A DNA stretch of 64,000 nt from Malacoraja senta. Taxonomy: Eukaryota. The stretch's first letter is position 1. Each line of letters starts with the position of its first letter. Location of the stretch: assembly GCA_038087875.1 (NCBI GenBank), contig CM075997.1, positions 1,118,001 through 1,182,000 on the forward strand, read 5' to 3'. Shown here piece by piece: positions 48,261 through 59,521 of the stretch. Made by a program: the position numbers and the translations under genes. Under the pieces are notes generated by a model. It was not told where the DNA came from and did no database searches. It saw nothing but the letters and a program-made list of their open reading frames with translations.

Positions 48261-48375
48261 CACTGCACGGCCTGCCCTCTGACCTCCCGGCCGGTTCCGC
48301 GTGTGGAGGCCTGGTCGCTCGGTGCGGAGCCTGGGCTTGGAGTATACTCGGTGTCCCCGCCCGGAGATCGCGGCC

Positions 48376-48434
48376 ATGAGTGTCATCGAGCAGATGAGAG
48401 CCAATGTGGGGAAGCTGCTGAAGGGCATCGACCG
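48376..48434 (+). CDS. EIF3K: EIF3K exon 1
   Basis: [19 protein letters not shown](R); GCCATG start context; GTGAG donor. Confidence 0.94.
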
Positions 48435-51400
48435 GTGAGTGAGGCGATCGGGAGGGGGGGAGGGGGCTGGGCTGGGATGTGTCGGAAGCAACTGGTTTAA
48501 ACCGAAGATGGACACAAAATGCCGGAGTAACTCAGCGGGACGGGCAGCATCTCTGGAGAGAAGGGACGGGCGACGTCCTTCAGACCCAAAAACATCACCC
48601 ATTCCTTCTCTCCAGAGATGCTGCCCGTCCCGTGGAGTTACTCCGGCATTTTGTGTCTGTCTCCTGGGCTGGGATGGGATGGGACCGGTCAGGGCGGTCA
48701 AGAGTGTTTTATTGCTAAATGTCCCAGATAGAACAATGATTTTCGTACTTGCAGCAGCACAACAGAACAGTACACTGTAAACAATATAATAAACCAGAAG
48801 AAGAAGAAAAAAGTTCAGTGTGTGTGTATATATACAAGTATATATACATAAGTATGTGTGCTGAGGTGGGATTGTGCAGGGTGGTTCAAGAACCTGATAG
48901 TCGATAGGAGGAAACTGTTCTTGAACCTGGAGGTATCTTTTCTCAGGCTCCTGATAAATCATATTCACCACTGCGTGGAGTTAACAAAATGCCAACAACA
49001 TCTTAATATATATAAGTATATATACATATTCATAGACACACACACACATATATATATATATACACATACATACATACATAATACATCTGAAGAAGGGTCT
49101 CGACAGGTGCACAGTAGACATGTGCACTTCTACAGGTGCACAGTAGAGAGCATGCTGACCGGTTGCATCGTGGCTTGGTTCGGCAACTTGAGTGCCCTGG
49201 AGAGGAAAAGACTACAAAAAGTAGTAAACACTGCCCAGTCCATCATCGGCTCTGACCTCCCTTCCATCGAGGGGATCTACCACAGTTGCTGCCTCAAAAA
49301 GGCTGGCAGCATCATCAAGGACCCACACCATCCTGGCCACACACTCATCTCCCTACTACCTTCAGGTAGAAGGTACAGGAGCCTGAAGACTGCAACGACC
49401 AGGTTCAGGAATAGCTACTTCCCCACAGCCATCAGGCTATTAAACCTGGCTCGGACATAACACTGAACTTTACTAGCCAATACTGTTATTTGCACTTTAT
49501 CAGTATATTGACCATTGTGTATATATTTATAGAATGCCTTGTAGTAAATGCCTACTATGTTCTGTTGTGCTCAAGCAAAGCAAGAATTTCATTGTCCTAC
49601 CAGGGACACATGACAATAAACTCACTTGACTTGACCTGAAACGTCACCCATTCCTTCTCCAGAGATGCTGCCTGTCCCGCTGAGTTACTCCAGCTTTTTG
49701 TGTCTCATCTTCAGCCTAGGCGGACCGTTCTGTTACTGTTCGATTTCTCTCGGAGGTCACGACAAAACGGCAAGGCTCTGGAACCAAGAATGCTGGAAAA
49801 TTGGTGGCGGTCCTGTAACTTTGAAAAGCTAATAATTCCAATTCTTGCTTCCTCCCACAGGTATAATCCTGAGAATCTGTCGACTTTAGAACGATACGTG
49901 GAGACTCAGGCCAGGGAGAATGCTTATGATCTGGAAGCCAATCTGGCGGTTCTTAAACTGTAAGTATATCTCTTATCATCAATGGTCAATGATTTGAAGC
50001 ATCCTCTCCCCAAGAAGCCACCTGTTGAATATTTTCCAACACCTTTGTGTTTTAGCACTAATTTCAGGTGTCTACAATATCATGCTTGTTTCATTAATCC
50101 ATTTGCTGTCTTTTCCACGCAGGTATCAGTTCAATCCCGCTTTCTTCCAGTCAACCGTAACTGCACAAATCTTGCTGAAAGCCCTGACGAACCTTCCACA
50201 CACAGACTTCACCCTCTGCAAGTGTATGATCGACCAGACCCATGTATCCTTACCCAAGAGGCAGCAATTATCGCTTATTCTACATAGAAACATAGAAAAT
50301 AGGTGCAGGAGTAGGCCATTCGGCCCTTTGAGCCTGCACCACCATTCAATATGATCATGGCTGATCATCCAACTCAGTATCCTGTACCTGCCTTCTCTCC
50401 ATACCCCCTGATCCCTTTAGCCACAAGGGCCACATCTAACTTCCTCTTAAATATAGCCAATGAACTGGCCAACACCAAGATAGTGCAAAAACCAAAGTAT
50501 GTAAAATAACTACAGTAGGCTGCAGTGGCTGTGTGCTGAGGTGGGATTGTGCAGGGTGGTTCAAGAACCTGACAGTCGATGGGAGGAAACTGTTTTTGAA
50601 CCTGGATGTATCTATTTTGGGGATCCTGATAAATCATATTCACCACTGTGTGGAGTTAACAATCTTCAGTTTCCTCCCACACTCCAAAGACGTACGGGTT
50701 TGTAGGTTAATTGGCTTGGTGAATGTAAAAATTGTCCCCAGTGGGTGTAGGATAGTGTTAATGTGCGGGGATCGCTGGTCGGCGCAGACCCCGTGGGCCG
50801 AAGGGCCTGTTTGTGCGGTGTATCTCTAAACCTAGAGCCCTGCTGAAAGTATGGAGACATAGGCTTCCTTAACCAAGCAAACACAGCAAGAGGAGCGGCC
50901 AATCCAACAAATCCTGAATCTAGGTGACCTCTTGGAGACCTGCCACTTCCAAGACTTTTGGGTGAGTAAGGTATCTTTGGGTTTATTCACCTTCGAGAGT
51001 CTCCTTTAGGCGTGCTTGATAGTAGTTGTGTGAAACCTGGGAAGCCCTTACCTGGAGTGGCATTGCATTCGATGACTTTGGAATTCAATTCAATGGACAA
51101 GCACAGGGCTTTGTGCTGTAGGTTTCCAGCCGTTACATCCTTGCAGAATCATTGTTGCCTGACAGACAGCATCTGTGGAGAGAGGAACTGAGTTAATGTT
51201 CAACGTTAATATTTCCTCATCAGAACTGGACGACTGTAACAACATTTCTTTATTTCAAACCCAAATCTCTGCAATAATATTATCAAATATTGCCATATTA
51301 GCCATTTGCCCTCTTATCTATTTCCTGCACTTGCTAGCTAAACCTGCATGTCTAAATGTGTAAGAAGGAACTGCAGATGAAGGTTTACACCGAAGATAGA

Positions 51401-54400
51401 CACAGAGTGCTGGAGTAACGCAGCGGGTCAGGCTGCATCTCTGGAGAAAATGGATAGGGGATGTTTCAAGTTGAGACCCTTGGTCTGATGAAGCGTCTCG
51501 ACCCAAAACATCACCTTTTCACCAGAGATGCTGCCTGACCCGCTGAGTTACTCCAGCGTTTTGCTTCTATCTGCATGTCTAATTGATGCACAAGATTTAC
51601 CCCGGGCTCAAGTCCTTCGTGTGCCAGATCCTCGGTGTGGGGGGTGGGTCTTTTCCCCGATTTTTCAAAAATATATCAACCTCCGCTTTAAATACCTGAA
51701 ACGAGCATTCTTCCACTCCTCTTGGGTGGCACAGACTCGCAGTTGCCTCACAGCTCCAGAGATCCGTCTTCGATCCTGATCTTGGTTGCTGTCTGTGTGG
51801 AGTTTGCATGTTCTCCCTCTAACCATGTGGGTTTCCTCCAGGTGCTACAGTTTTCTCCCACATCCCGAAGATGTGAGGGTTTGTAGGTTAATTGGCCTCT
51901 GTAAAATTGCCCCTGGTGTGTAGGAAGTGAACGAGAAAGTGGAATAACAAGGAACTAGTGTCGTCGTGATTGATGGTCAGCGTGGACTCGGGTAGATCAA
52001 AGAGCCTGTGTCCATGCTGCATCTAAAGTTCAGATGCCAACCCTCACTGAAGCAGAGAATTCCAGAGATCCACCACCTTCTGAAGACATTTCTATATCTC
52101 TCAGGTTTAAATAATCATTCCCTTAACTTTAAACTGTGTCTCCCATGGTCGATAAATATCTTAACATCTACTCTGTTGAGTCCCATTTTATTTTGTACTT
52201 TTCAATCAGCTCCCCCTCCAAACAATACACACCCAGACAGTTTAGGTCCTCTTGATAGGACAACCCTCTCGCCCTAGGAATTAACCTGATGAATCTCCTT
52301 TTGATTGCCTCCAAAGGTACTATAACCTTTCTTGGGAAATGGACCAAAACTGCATGTTCTGTAGATGTCCAGGTGTGGCTTGACCAAAGCCCTGTACAAC
52401 GGTAACCATGGGATGGCACAGTGGCGCAGCGGTAGTGTTGCTGCCTTACAGCACCAGAGACCCGGGTTTGATACTGACCATGGGTGCTATCTGTACGGAG
52501 TTTGTACATTCGCCCTGTGACCTCGTTAGTATTCTCCACGTTCTCCAGTTTCCTCCCACACGCCAATGAAGTACAGGTTTGTTGGTTAATTGGATCTGGT
52601 CATTTTAAATTATCCCTAGTGTGTGTAGCATGGTGCTAGTGGGTGCGGATCGCTGGTCGGCGATGACTCGATGGGCCAAAGGGCCTGTTTCCGCGCTGGA
52701 TCTCTAAACTAAACTAAACTTTCCCTGTTTCAAACTCCAATCCCCTTGCAGTAGCCAATATGCCACCTGCCCATTTGTTCTCTTAACTATTTCCTACACT
52801 AGCCTGCTAACTTTGCCGAATTGATGCACAAGAATGCCCAGATCCACCTGCAATTCACTGATTTCCAGTCTTTATCCACTTTGATAATTTGCTTTTGATT
52901 CTCTTACCAAAATACATGTCATCACACTTTCCCAGATTAAACTCCACTTGCCAAGATTTCGCCCACTCACTCTATCTATATCCTGTTGCTGAGTCACAAT
53001 ATGCTCTTCACAACTCGCCCTGCCAACACAGCCTGAGCCAGGGTGAAGAGCACAGTTGTCCAGATGACACGGTGCTTTTAATGCTCCAGATGAACGTCAG
53101 GTGCAGTTGAAATAGCAGTGAGAGTCTGTGGGCGTGCAATGGATATCAGTCTTTAAAGATACACCGCAGAAACAGGCCCTTCAGCCCACTGAGTCCGTGC
53201 CGACCAGTGTACACTAACACTATCCTACACACTAGGGACATTTAATAATTTTTACCAAAGCCAATTAACCTACAAACTTGTACATCTTTGGAGTGTGGGA
53301 GGAAACCGGAGAAATCGCACGCGGGTCACAGAGAACGAACAAACTCCATACAGACAGCACCCGCAGTCAAGATCAAACACGGATTTCTGGTGCTGTAAGT
53401 CAGCAACTCTACCGCTGCGCCACCGTGCTGCCCCAAATGAAGATGGAGGAGTAAGGGAAAGGAAGAGTCATATATGGATTACAGGCTATTAAAGTCGGTT
53501 ATTAATGTCCGAGTTACGGGCAACCCTACATATGAACCCTCGTGGTATTCACAAATTCTGCCTATGAACGGCAGAACTAGTTTCCCCTCTCCACTTTTAG
53601 TCATTGTTTTTTCTTTATCAGTTCTCTGTGCTTTTGCTGTCATTCGTTACAATACTGTGGGCATGTGGTTATCGTATCGAGTGATTTTGAGTTTTCTTTC
53701 CGACTTGTGGATGAAGTCTGTAAAAATGGAACCTGTTCATTACCCAGGGATGGCCCTGATACCAGGGTGGAAATTGGCAAGAAAATTGGTTGTGACAACA
53801 TAGATGGAAGCCATTGCCAACAAAGTAGCCAATAAAACCAAGGACCTCTTTCGTCCTGGATAATTCCCTCTTCTCTCCTCTCCCTTCGGAAGATAAGGGG
53901 GAGAATAGAATGGGATTTGTGTAAAATATGTGCTTGATGGTCAGCAGAGACTCAATGGGCTGAATCATTGATACTATTTGCTCCATGATTAACTTCTCTT
54001 CCCTTCACCATCCAGCGCAATCTGGAAGAAAATGCAGAGCTGATTGATGGAATAACGAGCTTTGAAGATTCAGTGCGTAAATGTGAGTACGTCATGATCA
54101 CAAACTCTAGGTTTTTATGGTAAATGGAGAAGAGGGAGGGGGGGGGGGTAGATCATGGAAGAGATCATGCATATCCCAGACCCTGCCTTTGGTGTTGTTC
54201 TTAGATGGCAACGTCACTACGCAGAAGGAGCAACAACAGCAGCAGACATTTGCATAGAACCTTTAAGAGCCCAATGCCTTTCATAGCTTAACTATTCACT
54301 GGAGGGGTGAACCTCTCAGTTGCTAACTATTTTAGCTCTTCTTTCCATTCCCATACTGACCTTTCTTGCCCTGGGCCTCCTCCATTGACAGTGTGAAGAC

Positions 54401-56785
54401 ACATGCAAACTGGAGGAACAGCACCTCAGATTCTGCTTGGGCAGCTTACAGTGTGACATTGAATTCTCCAATGCTAGGTAATTTCAAAACCTTCCCCTTT
54501 TCACTTCACCCCCAACCCACTCACATCTGCTTTGTGAAAAGGGAGCTCTCACCTTGTCTAGTTTGATTCCCATCTCTATGTGGTTGACTCAAACCCTCTG
54601 AAGCCCCGGCTCTAGAAGCAACTGTAGTCACTTTTTGCTACAATTCTTTGGCCATTATAGAGGAGCTACAATTGTTCATCAATCCTGCTCAGGAGTAAGT
54701 AAAATAATGATCTTTCCCGGGAGAGATGGACCAATGATCCGTGTCAACAATCTGGGTTGTAGACTGATAATTGCGCGACCTTTTTAAAAATAAAGTCGTA
54801 ATTTTGGGTAGAAGAAGCAAATATCATTGGTTGTGATGAATGGTATTGTGTTAAATCGATGTGCAAAGGAAGCACTTTGGCTGCAGAGTCGGTGGAGTTA
54901 AAGGCCTGTCTCACGGGTATGCGGTTACTGGCGGTGAAGCAGGAAGTTGGGACCGATCATGGACCGCCAGAGACTGCGGGGTCGGTCCCACGCACACTGC
55001 CGGGACCGTGCAGTGTTGGTCCCAACACCGCACGGTGCTCACAAAGAACCGACAACGTTCAAAAATGTTGTCCTACCGCACAGCCGCCGCCAGTGCGGCA
55101 CGAGCACCGCCACCACAGTGCCGCGATCACCACTAGCACCGCCACAGCCCCGCGATCCGAAATGACGTCATTGCGTTGCGCGATGACGTCTTCACCCGAC
55201 GCGGCGCGACATCCATTCCAGTCGGCCCGTGGGACCACCCGGCATACGCGCGGCAACAGCTTCCGGTAAGGTTTAATTTTTTTTTACTTACCGCAAGCTC
55301 ATGGGACCGGCCGTGCGGAGATCACTCGGCCCCCACGCGGCGTTCCCGCGGCATACGCGCGGCGCTCTCGCGATAGCCGCACGGTCCCCGTTTCCGGCGA
55401 CGCCGAGCTTCACCGCCAGTAACCGCCTGCCTGTGGGACAGGGCCATTAGTGTTACTGCACTTCCAGTAGATATAAGTAATCTATCTGGGAAGAAACCAA
55501 CTGCTTGCCGGAGTTATTCTGTCTAGGACATGCCGTAATCTGTTGGAACTCTTCCCACAGTTATCTGTCATGTCGTTGGAATCACGTACCAAACGATAGA
55601 GAAATGGCTGCTGGCTGAAATGTTAGGAGAACTAACAGGTAAGGTTAATGGCTGTTAAGGCTTTAGGGCAATTGCCCTGGACTATGGTGATAATCTCAGC
55701 AGAGAAGTGCTTTGAGACTAACTTTAAGTACATATCAATATATTGTAAATGCCACAGAAATACGTCCCGTTTTCACCCCTCCCTTCAAGTTCCACGTGAT
55801 ATCCTTGATTCATTCCTTCTTTCTAAGGACTTTAAAGACTTTAGAGATACAGCGTGGAAACTGGCGCTTCAGCCCACCGAGTCTGTGCCAACCAGCAATC
55901 ACTCCGTACACTAACGCTATCCTAAACAATAGCGAAAAATTATGATTTTGCCAAAGCCAATGAACCTACAAACCTGTATGTCTTTGGGTGAACACATGGG
56001 TTTTCTCTGGGTGCTCTGGTCTCCTCCCACAGTCCAAAGACGTACAAGTTTGTAGGTTAATTAGTCTCGGTAAAAAAAAAATTAAAAAAAATAGACAATA
56101 GGTGCAGGAGTTGGCCATTCGGCCCTTCAAGCCATTCAATGTGATCATGGCTGATCATCCCCAATCAGTACCCCGTTCCTGCCTTCTCCCCATATCCCCT
56201 GACTCCGCTATTGTCTCTAGTGTGTAGCATAATGTTAGTGAAAGGGGTAATCGCTGTTCAGCGTGGACTCGGTGGGCCAATGGGCCTGTTTTCGCACGGT
56301 ATCTAAAGTCTAATGTGTATAGTCTTACTAAAGTAAAATCTAATTCCTCACCTCATTACAACATAGAACAGTGCAGCACAGGATCAGGCCCTTCGACGTA
56401 CAATATCTGCCGAACACAATACTAATCTCATTGGTACTGCATTGTAGCACATTTAACAATGCATTGGAAAGATGGATTGGCGGTCCTCCTGAATAATCCA
56501 TGGTCTCTTTCCATCCACCATAATATCTTCAGATCCCCAGTTGCAAGTTTGGATGAGCAAGTATGGCTGGACCGAGTCTGAACCTGACAAAGTCTTTATC
56601 TGCAACCAAGAAGAAAGTATCAAGCCCAAAAATATTGTGGAGAAGATAGATTTTGACAGTGAGTAAACGGTGTCCTGGGTGGATATCCTTGAATACGCAT
56701 GTCTTTTAGATTCAGGCTGAGAACGTTTGCTGACTGGTGCTGTTTTCTGGTTTCAGGTGTAGCCAGTATCATGGCATCGCATTGA
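48376..56785 (+). CDS. EIF3K: Eukaryotic translation initiation factor 3 subunit K, complete, 8 exons, 217 aa
   Basis: Exons 48376-48434, 49861-49959, 50123-50243, 50887-50961, 54016-54082, 55561-55638, 56533-56658, 56757-56785 total 654 nt with an open frame: [26 protein letters not shown]...[21 protein letters not shown]. Confidence 0.97.
49127..49635 (+). mobile_element. Rex1/Babar-like LINE 3' end, near-identical to 15570-16086
   Basis: [20 protein letters not shown]...[15 protein letters not shown] plus the same tail. Confidence 0.8.
49861..49959 (+). CDS. EIF3K: EIF3K exon 2
   Basis: [32 protein letters not shown](L). Confidence 0.96.
50123..50243 (+). CDS. EIF3K: EIF3K exon 3
   Basis: [40 protein letters not shown]; followed by GTATCCTT. 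Confidence 0.96.
50244..50886 (+). other. EIF3K: U12-type (minor spliceosome) GT-AG intron 3 of EIF3K
   Basis: 5' splice site GTATCCTT; branch site TTCCTTAAC at 50865-50873; CAG at 50884-50886; no polypyrimidine tract. Confidence 0.93.
50887..50961 (+). CDS. EIF3K: EIF3K exon 4
   Basis: [25 protein letters not shown]. Confidence 0.95.
52413..52720 (+). mobile_element. tRNA-derived V-SINE/HE1-like SINE (representative; more than 12 copies, e.g. 665-896, 9775-10066, 27669-27935, 31051-31353, 34632-34855, 37880-38157, 53155-53430)
   Basis: A-box TGGCGCAGCGG, B-box-like GGTT(C)GAT(C)C, conserved core, tail GGGCC(G)AAGGGCCTGTTTCC...(CTAAA)n shared with LINE tails. Confidence 0.8.
54016..54082 (+). 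CDS. EIF3K: EIF3K exon 5
   Basis: [22 protein letters not shown]. Confidence 0.93.
54901..55446. mobile_element. GC-rich Harbinger-like MITE in EIF3K intron 5
   Basis: Termini GGCCTGTCYCAC with subterminal GCGGTTACTGGCGGTGAAGC inverted; TTA on both flanks. Confidence 0.75.
55561..55638 (+). CDS. EIF3K: EIF3K exon 6
   Basis: (F)[25 protein letters not shown]. Confidence 0.95.
56533..56658 (+). CDS. EIF3K: EIF3K exon 7
   Basis: (D)[41 protein letters not shown]. Confidence 0.95.
56757..56785 (+). CDS. EIF3K: EIF3K exon 8 (coding part)
   Basis: (S)VASIMASH*, after a TTTCAG acceptor. Confidence 0.92.
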
Positions 56786-56848
56786 CCTGTTGATGGAGAC
56801 ATCAAGGCTTCTCAGTTTCGTGCTTGGAAGAAAATACTCATTATTGCT

Positions 56849-56858
56849 AATAAATAAA
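56849..56858 (+). terminator. EIF3K polyadenylation signal (two overlapping AATAAA)
   Basis: AATAAATAAA about 65 nt after the stop codon. Confidence 0.7.
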
Positions 56859-59290
56859 AACTTGAAAATGCATGCATCGTCTGACATAACAAAATTGTCA
56901 AATGAAGAAACTGTCGGTCAAATAGTGTGGAAAAATTCCTTCATCTATTTAATGACTTGTTTTTTGTAACTTGGTTTATTCTTTAAACAATCCTCTTGCT
57001 CATTGCTTGCTTGATTGTTATTTGTTGTGCTTTCAAACACTTATCTCCTATCTCTGCCCTCTCTGGTGGCAACTTTTCCAGATATTCCTTTAAGCACATC
57101 TCTTTGACCACCAGTGTGTAGGAAGGAACTGCAGATGCTGGTTTATACCGAAGACAGGCACAAAATGCTGGAGTGACTAAGCAGGTCCGGCAGCATCCAT
57201 GGAGAAAAGGAATGGGCAAAGTTTTGAGTCGGAACCCATGCCGCAGTCTAAAGAAGGGATCCGACCCAAAATGTATTGTATTCCTTTTCTCCAGGGATGC
57301 TGCCAGACCCGCTGAGTTACTCCAACACCTTGTTCAGATTCAGATTCAGATTCAATCTTTATTGTCATTGTGCAGTGTACAGTACAGAGACAACGAAATG
57401 CAGTTAGCATCTCACCCAGAAGAGCGAACATAGAATAATGAACAGTAAAATATATATATGTACAAACAGTAGCAGTAGTGCAATTTTTCTGGGGGAAGGA
57501 GTGTCCGGAGGGGGGGGTGACTGGCAATCACCAAGGTGCAGAGTTAAGTAGTGTAACAGCCGCAGGGAAGAAGCTGTTCCTGAACTTGCTGGTCCGGCAA
57601 CGGAGAGACCTGTTGCGCCTCCCGGATGGGAGGACGGTAAACAGTCTGTGGCTGGGGTGAGAGCAGTCCTTGACGATGCTGCGCGCCCTTCACAGACATC
57701 GCTTGCTTTGGACAGACTCAATGGAGGGGAGTGAGGAACCGGTGATGCGTTGGGCAGTTTTCACCACCCTCTGCAGTGCTTTCCTGTCGGAGATAGAGCA
57801 GTTGCCATACCATACTGTGATACAGTTGGTATCATACTTGTGTATGTCTTTGACCACTATCTTCATTGACTGGTAGCGTCTGCATCTCGTACGTTAATAG
57901 GTTATAGGAACAGAATTAGGCCATTTGGCCCATCAAGTCTACTCCGCCATTCAATCATGGCTGATCTATCTTTCCCTCTCAATCCCCATTCTCCTGCCTT
58001 CTCCCCATAACCCCAGACACCCATACTAATCAAGAATCTATCAGCTGGAACTGGAATTGTAGCTTCTGAAAAAGCAGTCTGTTATTTAGGACTAAGATAA
58101 ATAATTGTTTTGATCGGAGTATGAACTTTTGCAATTCTCTACTGCGGACGGCTGTGTGGTGGTGCTGCTCAGGGAATGAAACAGTGACAGTCTGCATGAA
58201 GCAAGACCAGGACCGTGTTAAGGCATGGGATGGTCAGTGCTGAAGTGGAGATTTTAAATTTCAGTCTTTCCCTTTCCTTCCTCACTCTCTCACATATGCA
58301 CACACCTTCACACAAGGCATTCCAACCATCTCGTGACCTTAAAGCTCTCCAGGTCATAGAACAGCACAGGAACAGGCCCTTCAGTGCCGAACATGATGTC
58401 AAGGTGGTCGCCCACCACCACCAGCTTGTGTGTGTGGGGAGGGGAATGATGGTCACCATGAACCAGAGGCTCAACTGGACTGACCGCATTAGTTGACCAG
58501 GGACAAGAGTAGTTTGCAAGTTACGTTTTCTGTGCTGAAACTAAATTGATTTCCTCAAAGCCTCTGCACATCTACAGGGGATGAGATGGAAGAGTCTCCA
58601 GTTGAACGAACGTGCATCTCCACCAACAAAGCCCCTGGTTGATGGCACACTCACTCTCCACCCTAAACACCAGCTTCCTCCACCTTCAGCATGGTGGGGT
58701 GTGCACGTTCTCCCAATGACCACGTGGGTTTCCTCCGGGTGCTCTGGTTTCTCTGACAGAGAATCTCTCTATCTCTAGCACCCTTTCCAACTTAATGACA
58801 TCCAAAGGTACACAAAAATGCTGGAGAAACTCAGCGGGTGCAGCAGCATCTATGGAGCGAAGGAAATAGTCTGAAGAAGGGTTTCGGCCCGAAACGTTAC
58901 CTATTTCCTTCGCTCCATAGATGCTGCTGCACCCGCTGAGTTTCTCCAGCATTTTTGTGTACCTTCGATTTTCCAGCATCTGCAGTTCCTTCTTTAACAA
59001 CATAATGACATCCAAATGTTGGCTGGGACCATCTGAGTCTTTGCATTCTCTGAGCCAAACTTGGGGCTGCAAATAGTGGTGAGGCTTTCAGGGTGTCGAT
59101 CCGAAACGTCACCCATTCCTTCTCTCCAGAGATGCTGCCTGTCCTGCTGAGTTACTCCATGTGTCTTTGGCGTCTATTTGCAGGGCGGGCCTTGGGGAGA
59201 GCTTGCCCCACCCTCTCCCTGACGCGTTGCCGCAGTTCCTGGTCTCTCTCTTCCTGCATAAGTTGGGGGAGCGCTCCCTTTTGCACCACC

Positions 59291-59521
59291 ATGTACCCTG
59301 TGCCCTGGAGCGGCGGCGATCGGAGGCCGGGATTCTACGGCGGCAGCTCGGTGCTGTTGAGAAACGCCAACGTTGTGCCCATTCCTGGTGGGGCTCCGGG
59401 TCCCGGACCGGGACAAGGGCTCTTTGAGGATCTGCACTTCCCTGCTGACAACTCCTCCCTGCATGGCCCCGGGCGTACTGCTCGCTTCAACACTCTCATC
59501 TCAGGCTGGAAGAGGCCACAG
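59291..59521 (+). CDS. Calpain coding exon 1
   Basis: CACCACCATG Kozak context; 77 codons ending WKRPQ; GTAAG donor; start codon is inferred. Confidence 0.82.

Larger units (their letters stand above)
47990..48480 (+). promoter_or_regulatory. CpG-rich EIF3K promoter and first exon with NRF1-like CGCATGCG motifs
   Basis: High CpG density directly upstream of the ATG; GCGCATGC at about 48252. Confidence 0.65.

Noticed and set aside
47988..48971. 327-aa minus-strand ORF
   Set aside because: Patchwork of repeat fragments, antisense EIF3K exon 1 and the stop-free tandem array.
52413..52490. tRNA genes at SINE heads
   Set aside because: The A/B boxes continue into SINE core and tail; no complete cloverleaf.
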